A stretch of DNA of 64,000 nt from Verrucomicrobiota bacterium (GTDB taxonomy: Bacteria; Verrucomicrobiota; Lentisphaeria; Lentisphaerales; Lentisphaeraceae). The stretch is taken from the NCBI GenBank assembly GCA_039798785.1, contig JBDKFG010000022.1, positions 1-64,000 on the forward strand, in the 5' to 3' direction. A program made the position numbers and the translations under genes. Below, in pieces: positions 58,610-64,000 of the stretch. Below the pieces are notes generated by a model that saw only the letters and a list, made by a program, of their open reading frames with translations, was not told the DNA's origin and did not search any database. Positions within the stretch are counted from its first letter, which is position 1, and each line of letters opens with the position of its first letter.

Positions 58610-59281
58610 TCAGACGCCGTATTCGGCGCGGTAGGCGTCGATGCGCTTCTTCATCGCATCGTCAAGCACGACTTTGCCGTCGACCGGGCGGTTGAGAAGG
58701 TGCGCGACGACTTCCTCGATGGTGACGATCGCGAAGGTGCGGATGCCGTAGTCCTTTTCGACCTGCTGGATCGCCGACAGCGGGCCGGTGCCGCGCTCCA
58801 TCCGGTCGACCGAGACGATGACCGCCTGGATGTTGACCTTGGCGGCGCCCTGCAGGACCGGCAGGTTTTCGCGGATCGCGGTGCCGGCGGTGATGACGTC
58901 CTCGACGATGACCACTTTGTCGCCGTCCTTGAGCTTGCGTCCGACGATCAGGCCGCCTTCGCCGTGGTCCTTGGCTTCCTTGCGGTTGAAGGAGAAGCCG
59001 AGGTCCTTGCCGTAGAGCTTCGAGATGGCGGCGGCGGTGGTGACTGCGAGCGGGATGCCTTTGTAGGCGGGTCCGTAGAGCACGTCGATGTCGAGGCCGA
59101 TCTCGCTCTGGAGAGCTTGCGCGTAGAAGAGGCCGAGTCGCTCGATCTTGGCGCCCGAATCATAATTGCCGGTGTTGATGAAGAAGGGGGTTTTCCGGCC
59201 CGATTTGGTGGTGAAGTCGCCAAAGGTCAAAACCCCGGAGCGAACCATGAATTCGATGAACTCTTTTTTGAACTCTTGCAT
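58610..59281 (-). CDS. pyrE: Orotate phosphoribosyltransferase
   Basis: FGDFTTKSGR, GPAYKGIP, NRKEAKDHGEGG, VEDVITAGTA. Confidence 0.96.
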   Translation of the reverse strand: MQEFKKEFIEFMVRSGVLTFGDFTTKSGRKTPFFINTGNYDSGAKIERLGLFYAQALQSEIGLDIDVLYGPAYKGIPLAVTTAAAISKLYGKDLGFSFNRKEAKDHGEGGLIVGRKLKDGDKVVIVEDVITAGTAIRENLPVLQGAAKVNIQAVIVSVDRMERGTGPLSAIQQVEKDYGIRTFAIVTIEEVVAHLLNRPVDGKVVLDDAMKKRIDAYRAEYGV

Positions 59282-59443
59282 CTGCGTTTCCTTGTCATAT
59301 CTGCACTGTGAGGCTGACAAGCTAACTTCGATTGGCGGAATTTCCGCCGTCGAGGCGGTGCTGAAAATTCGCTTTTTCACTTGTCAATAATCAGGATCAA
59401 GCGATGTTCAAGGAATACACGAAAATGCAAGGAAAAAATTGTC

Positions 59444-60250
59444 ATGAAAAAAACCTGGATATGGCTTGCCCTGGCCTTGTTTGCCTTGTCGGGCACGGTC
59501 GGTGCCGGGCTGCAATGGTGGACGCCCGAGGATGGGGTGGAAGACGAGACCGGGGTGAGGATTCCGATCTTGATGTACCACCACATCGGCGAGCTGACGG
59601 TGTTGGAGCAGAACACCCGCAAGGCTGACTGGTCGGTCACCAAGGAGAACTTCGAAGATCAATGCGCCCTGCTGGCGGAGGGCGGCTACACTCCGGTGTC
59701 GATGGAGCAGATCCACGATGCCCTGGTGCATGGCGACGAGCTCCCCGACAAGCCGGTCTGCATCACTTTCGACGACGGCTGGCGCGAGCAATACGAGGTC
59801 GGTCTGCCGATTCTCGAGAAGTACAACCTCACCGCCACCTTCTTCGTCTATCCCGGGCCGATCTGTGAGAATCCCGAGGAGAAGAGCGGCTACATGTGCT
59901 GGCCGCAGCTTGAAGACCTGGTCGCCGCCGGTCACGAGATCCAGTCCCACTCCTGGTCCCACCCGCACCTTGGCAAGATCCCCGCCGATCTCGCCCGCGT
60001 CGAAATGGAATCTTCGCGCCGCGCCATCGAGGAGCAGCTCGGCATCACCGTCACTTCACTCGCTTATCCTTTCGGCGATCACAATCCCGAAGTCCGCAAA
60101 ATGGCGGAAAGCGCCGGCTACACCACCGCAGTCTCCTGCTACGCCGGCGTGACCCAGTCGGAAAAAACCCGCATGCACCTGCAGCGTATCACGGTGCAAT
60201 ACGCCGACACACCTGAAGACTTCCTTCGCAAGCTCGAAATCGGACGATAA
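59444..60250 (+). CDS. Secreted polysaccharide deacetylase (CE4)
   Basis: PILMYHH, ITFDDG, SHSWSHPHL, AYPFG. Confidence 0.92.
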   Translation: MKKTWIWLALALFALSGTVGAGLQWWTPEDGVEDETGVRIPILMYHHIGELTVLEQNTRKADWSVTKENFEDQCALLAEGGYTPVSMEQIHDALVHGDELPDKPVCITFDDGWREQYEVGLPILEKYNLTATFFVYPGPICENPEEKSGYMCWPQLEDLVAAGHEIQSHSWSHPHLGKIPADLARVEMESSRRAIEEQLGITVTSLAYPFGDHNPEVRKMAESAGYTTAVSCYAGVTQSEKTRMHLQRITVQYADTPEDFLRKLEIGR

Positions 60251-60255
60251 ACTGC

Positions 60256-60381
60256 GAGTTTAAACAGTTTAAGAGGTTTAAACAGTTTAAGAAGTTGTGA
60301 GATCAGACTCGCACTTTGAGCTCCCATCCGCTAGGCTGCTTAAAACCTTAAACTGCTTAAACCTTTTAAACTACTTAAACT
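60256..60381. repeat. Inverted 9-mer arrays (AGTTTAAAC/AAG ... CTTAAACT)
   Basis: GAGTTTAAACAGTTTAAGAGGTTTAAACAGTTTAAGAAG ... CTTAAAACCTTAAACTGCTTAAACCTTTTAAACTACTTAAACT. Confidence 0.88.
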
Positions 60382-60390
60382 GGGCTGCTC

Positions 60391-61464
60391 TTGATGAACG
60401 ACGAGATATTCGCCGCCACCTTCGGCCTGCTGCTTGAGCAGGAGATGGCCAAGATCCTGCGCAAGTTGTCCTTGCGGGTACGCCCCTGCCGGGTGCGGGT
60501 GACGGCGATTTCGACCCGTCGCTGGGGCGAGTGGGATCCTTTGCAGCGCGAGATCCGGCTCAGTCCCGAGCTGGTCCGTCATGAATCCTGGTCTTTGGTG
60601 ATGGAAGTCTTGCGTCACGAGATCGCCCACATGGTGGCGGGCGACTTGCTGGGCGGGGCGGAGCAGACGGCGCACGGCCCGGCTTTCAAGATGGCCTGCG
60701 GCCTGCTCGGGATCAGCGGCCACACTCCGCATGTGGTGGAGGAAGAGCGCGGCCGGCTTTTGCGCAAGGTGCAGAAGCTTCTCGCCCTCGGCGAGTCGCC
60801 GAATCATCACGAAGCCGAGGCGGCGATCCTCAAGGCGCACGAGATCTGCCTGCGCGCCAACATCGCCTTGCAGGAGGCGACGGCGGAAAAACGCAAATAC
60901 ACCCAGCGCCCTCTGGGCGCCCCTTTCCTCAAGGCTCCGAGCTGGATGTGGGTGGTTCTCAACCTCCTCGAAGAGCACTGGTTCGTCATGTACCTGCGCT
61001 CGCATGTGTTGGTGCCCGGGGAGCCGAGGCTCGAGCATCCGACCGCTTCGCAACAGAGCGTCATCCTGATCCATGGCACGCCGGAGAACCTCGATCTCGC
61101 CGAATATGTCTATCACTTCCTGATCAACCAGGGTGAGATCGAATGGCGGCAATACCGCAGCGCTTCGATGCGCAAGGGGGAGCGCCGCGATCACTTCCTC
61201 TACGGACTCTACACCGGCTTCGCCGCCCGAATCGGCGCCGAGCGCCGCGAGCTCGAGCGTCAGCATGCCCTGGTGCTCAAGCGCGACACCGTCCTGGAGG
61301 ATTTCTTCGACCTGCTCCATCCCAGCATCCGGCGCAGCAAGGGGCGCGGCCTCGGCATCGATGAGAGCACCTTCGCGGCGGGACAGGCCGCGGGACGCCA
61401 GATGCAGATCCGGCCCGGCCTCGATTCTCGCGGCAGCGGCGGCATCAAGGGCTATCTCGGCTGA
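60391..61464 (+). CDS. SprT-like zinc-binding / DUF2786 domain protein
   Basis: EVLRHEIAH...HGPAF; KVQKLLALGESPNHHEAEAA. Confidence 0.85.
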   Translation: MMNDEIFAATFGLLLEQEMAKILRKLSLRVRPCRVRVTAISTRRWGEWDPLQREIRLSPELVRHESWSLVMEVLRHEIAHMVAGDLLGGAEQTAHGPAFKMACGLLGISGHTPHVVEEERGRLLRKVQKLLALGESPNHHEAEAAILKAHEICLRANIALQEATAEKRKYTQRPLGAPFLKAPSWMWVVLNLLEEHWFVMYLRSHVLVPGEPRLEHPTASQQSVILIHGTPENLDLAEYVYHFLINQGEIEWRQYRSASMRKGERRDHFLYGLYTGFAARIGAERRELERQHALVLKRDTVLEDFFDLLHPSIRRSKGRGLGIDESTFAAGQAAGRQMQIRPGLDSRGSGGIKGYLG

Positions 61465-61673
61465 AGGATCATTTCTGAGGATTCGGCCTATTCCCATCCC
61501 GGCGGAGCCAAGCCACGCCACAGAGCGCACAGGTGGAAGGCCCGTTCCCTGCCATGGCTCCGGATTTGAGCTTAAGCACTTGGATTTCCCCATCTTGCGG
61601 GATTTCCTCTTCCGGCATACACTTTTGCTGCGGACCCGGGGAGGTCCCGCTTCCGCCAGTGGAGGATTTCCAG

Positions 61674-62132
61674 ATGAACTTCACCCAGACCCGCGAGCTG
61701 GTCCGCCAATGCCGGCGCGACCACCTCGCTCTAGCCCAGATCCTGGAGGACCTCGCCGCCATCGAGGAACTCCCTCTGCGCTCCTGCCAGCTCCTGATGA
61801 CTTGGAAAGGCCACCAGGACAATCTCGCGCGCGACTTGCAGGCCTATCTCGAAGATCCCGCATCGCAAGCCATGCTCAGCACCTGGTACCAGTTCGTTCC
61901 CGAGATGGAATCCCTGGATGGTCCGCTTTCCACCCTCGGCGACTTCCCCGACGAGGAGATCATCCCCAGCGTCATGAGCGACTGCGACACCATCTTCCTG
62001 CGGCGCTATCGTCGCCTCAGCGAAATGGCCCCCAATCCCAGCGTCGCCGAATTCTTCGCCGCCATTGGCAGGCTTGAGTTGAGCGAATCCAGCGCCGGCT
62101 CCTGGGCCGTGGCGCAGTTCCGCGACCTGTGA
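61674..62132 (+). CDS. Hypothetical protein (possibly ferritin-like helical bundle)
   Basis: RBS GGAGG; acidic, helical, 152 aa. Confidence 0.65.
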   Translation: MNFTQTRELVRQCRRDHLALAQILEDLAAIEELPLRSCQLLMTWKGHQDNLARDLQAYLEDPASQAMLSTWYQFVPEMESLDGPLSTLGDFPDEEIIPSVMSDCDTIFLRRYRRLSEMAPNPSVAEFFAAIGRLELSESSAGSWAVAQFRDL

Positions 62133-62145
62133 GCGCCGAGCTCCT

Positions 62146-62243
62146 CGACCCGCTTCGGGGTCGGCAATCATAACCTCTTCTGCCCCAGGGTGTCGTCGAT
62201 GCGGCTCAACCCTGGGCTAAATTCTCCGACCCGCTTCGGGGTC
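62146..62243. repeat. REP-like element: GACCCGCTTCGGGGTC x2 flanking a CCCAGGG..CCCTGGG hairpin
   Basis: Read directly; architecture resembles 8633-8852. Confidence 0.75.
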
Positions 62244-62330
62244 AAGCAGCATTGAGCACAAAACCTCAGTCGTGTCCCCGTCGTGTCCCCGTCGTCGTGT
62301 TTTTCCCGCCGCTTTTCCTTTTGCGAGATC

Positions 62331-62358
62331 TTGACAAAGAAAGCTCTCTGCTTAAATT
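62331..62358 (+). promoter_or_regulatory. Sigma70 promoter of rpmI-rplT
   Basis: TTGACA-N16-TAAATT. Confidence 0.65.
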
Positions 62359-62441
62359 GTGCGCCCCGTCACCACCGAGCCCGGCGCGCATCTGCCTGCT
62401 CGACTGCACGGGCCAACCCAACATCTCTAAAGGAGAAAACG

Positions 62442-62648
62442 ATGCCCAAGCTGAAGACCCGCAAATGCGTCGCCAAGCGCCTGAAGCAGACCGGTACTGG
62501 CAAGTACATGCACTGCCGCGCCGGCCACCGCCACATCCTCACCAAGAAGTCCGCCAAGCGCAAAGCCCGCCTCGGCAAGTTCAAGGAACTGAAAGCGACC
62601 GAAATCCGTCGCGTCACCAGCTCCTTGCCCTACGGCCTTCCCTCCTGA
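62442..62648 (+). CDS. rpmI: 50S ribosomal protein L35
   Basis: MPKLKTRKCVAKRLKQTGTGK...HILTKKSAKRK; RBS AAGGAG. Confidence 0.95.
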   Translation: MPKLKTRKCVAKRLKQTGTGKYMHCRAGHRHILTKKSAKRKARLGKFKELKATEIRRVTSSLPYGLPS

Positions 62649-62674
62649 TCCGGACTTACTGAGGAAACACCACC

Positions 62675-63019
62675 ATGCGATCCACCAACGCCCCCGCTTC
62701 CCGCGCCCGCCGCAAGCGCATCCTTGAAAAAGCCAAAGGCTTCTACGGCCGCGCCAAGTCATGCATCCGCAGCGCCCACGACGCCGTCGACAAGGCCATG
62801 AGCCACGCCCGTGTCGGCCGCAAGCAGAAGAAACAAGAGTACCGCGCCCTCTGGACCGTCCGCATCAACGCGGCCTGCCGCCAGAACGGCACCAACTACT
62901 CGCAGTTCATCAACGGCCTGAAAAAAGCCGGCATCGAACTCAACCGCAAGGTCCTCGCCGACATAGCCGTCCGCGATCCCCAGACCTTCACCGCTCTCGT
63001 CGCCAAGACGAAAGCCTGA
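62675..63019 (+). CDS. rplT: 50S ribosomal protein L20
   Basis: [37 protein letters not shown]. Confidence 0.97.
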   Translation: MRSTNAPASRARRKRILEKAKGFYGRAKSCIRSAHDAVDKAMSHARVGRKQKKQEYRALWTVRINAACRQNGTNYSQFINGLKKAGIELNRKVLADIAVRDPQTFTALVAKTKA

Positions 63020-63037
63020 TCCCTCGCCGGATCGGAA

Positions 63038-63075
63038 AGAAGCCGCAAGCCTCCGGGCTTGCGGTTTCTGCTTTC
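63038..63075 (+). terminator. Terminator after rplT
   Basis: AGAAGCCGCAAGCC-TCCG-GGCTTGCGGTTTCT-GCTTT. Confidence 0.8.
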
Positions 63076-63146
63076 CTCCTCCGCCCCCTGCTTGCAGGCG
63101 CCGCAGCCGGGCCTAAGTTCCGCAGCGAAAAAGCAAAAGAGACGCG

Positions 63147-64000
63147 ATGAGCACCAAACCCTTGAGAGAGCTGGTCATCCGCAAGGGCAACGAACTTGTC
63201 CAGGCGAAGCGCAGCACCCACCTAACCACCCGCGAACGCAAGCTGGTGTCCTTCATGGTGGCCCAGATCTCCCCTTGGGACAACGATTTCAAGGAATACT
63301 GCTTCCCTTTCGCCGAGTTTGTCGACTACTTCGGCATCACCGACAAGAACGCCCTGAAGGAATACGAGAAGATCGCCCACGGCATCATGGGCAAGCCCTT
63401 CCTCATCGACGACCGCGAGCGCCAGGAACGCTTCACCTGCTGCTGGCTCGCCGAAGCGGCCTACGACAAGAAGGAGCGGATGTTCAAATACCGCTTCACC
63501 CCGCGCCTCAAGCCCTATCTCATCCAGCTCAAGCGCTACTACACCAAATACCGCATGGCCAATTTGGTCAATCTCGACCATGTCCACTCCGAGACCATGT
63601 TCGAGCTGATCAAGCAGTATGAAAACCTCGGCGAATGCACCCGCCGCCTCGACGACCTGCGAGATTATCTCGGCCTCGGCCCGGCGGAGGCTCCCGGCGC
63701 CAAATATCCCGCCTACGCCAACCTCAAGGACAAGGTTCTCAACCCGACCCTCGAGGAGATCAACAAGTACACCGACATCAAGGTGACCCTGGAAGAGATC
63801 AAGGATGGCCGCAAGGTGGTTTCCCTGAAATTTCGGATCACGCCTCAGCCCGACAACCCGGAAGTCGCCGCGGCGAAGCTGCGCGACCTCGGCGCTCCCG
63901 ACCTGCCGCCCACCGAAGTCGAACTCGCCCCGGCGATGCAACGCGCCGACAGCGCCTCGCTCCAAGCCCTGGCGGAACAGCCGGCCGAGATGGCACCCCT
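63147..64000 (+). CDS. Rep_3/RepB-family replication initiator protein, runs off the window end
   Basis: Hand translation (absent from the ORF track): MSTKPLRELVIRKGNELVQAK...LTTRERKLVSFMVAQI...RFTPRLKPYLIQLKRYYTKY...MFELIKQYENLG...LDDLRDYLG...YPAYANLKDKVLNPTLEEINKYTDI...KDGRKVVSLKFRI. Confidence 0.85.
   Translation, partial: MSTKPLRELVIRKGNELVQAKRSTHLTTRERKLVSFMVAQISPWDNDFKEYCFPFAEFVDYFGITDKNALKEYEKIAHGIMGKPFLIDDRERQERFTCCWLAEAAYDKKERMFKYRFTPRLKPYLIQLKRYYTKYRMANLVNLDHVHSETMFELIKQYENLGECTRRLDDLRDYLGLGPAEAPGAKYPAYANLKDKVLNPTLEEINKYTDIKVTLEEIKDGRKVVSLKFRITPQPDNPEVAAAKLRDLGAPDLPPTEVELAPAMQRADSASLQALAEQPAEMAP

Noticed and set aside
62360..62435. L20 autoregulatory leader RNA
   Set aside because: Plausible by position, but I could not identify the characteristic structure by eye.
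63059..63965. ORF-track calls 63059-63622 (+) and 63222-63965 (-)
   Set aside because: They overlap the Rep_3-like frame starting at 63147, which has recognisable motifs and host codon bias.

Overview
A 64-kb stretch of a GC-rich bacterial chromosome. It is most likely PVC superphylum (Lentisphaerota/Verrucomicrobiota-like), inferred from the single-chain GlyRS, the ECF sigma plus Ser/Thr kinase pair, and the PDZ/alpha-barrel and FG-GAP secreted proteins. The backbone is housekeeping: gluQ, prlC, polA, pdxB, modBC, yggS, GlyRS, infC, asnS, menA, sodB, amtB-PII, waaF, pyrE and rpmI-rplT. I recognised no rRNA, tRNA, CRISPR array, transposase or integrase. Most of the interest lies between genes. 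(1) An unannotated ~200-nt minus-strand RNA gene (9133->8931) has its own TTGACA-N17-CACAAT promoter and terminator. It is built from three ~40-nt hairpins separated by repeated AAGAUGAA linkers. (2) Intergenic elements made of 7-9-nt tandem repeats form inverted arms that fill the gaps between co-oriented genes. (3) Several REP/REPIN-like palindrome families bracket small AT-richer cargo genes (a TA pair, Zn-ribbon and immunity-like ORFs). (4) A plasmid-type Rep_3 initiator gene with host-like codon usage lies just after rplT. (5) An AT-shifted zone at the window start holds DnaA-box matches and a sensor kinase broken by an internal deletion. Several core proteins also have unusual features: a PolA insertion, a Cys/His tail on SOD, a PII without Tyr51, an ATA-initiated infC, a bEBP lacking GAFTGA and a degenerate RND pump. 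All calls come from reading the sequence and recalled motifs. No searches were run.
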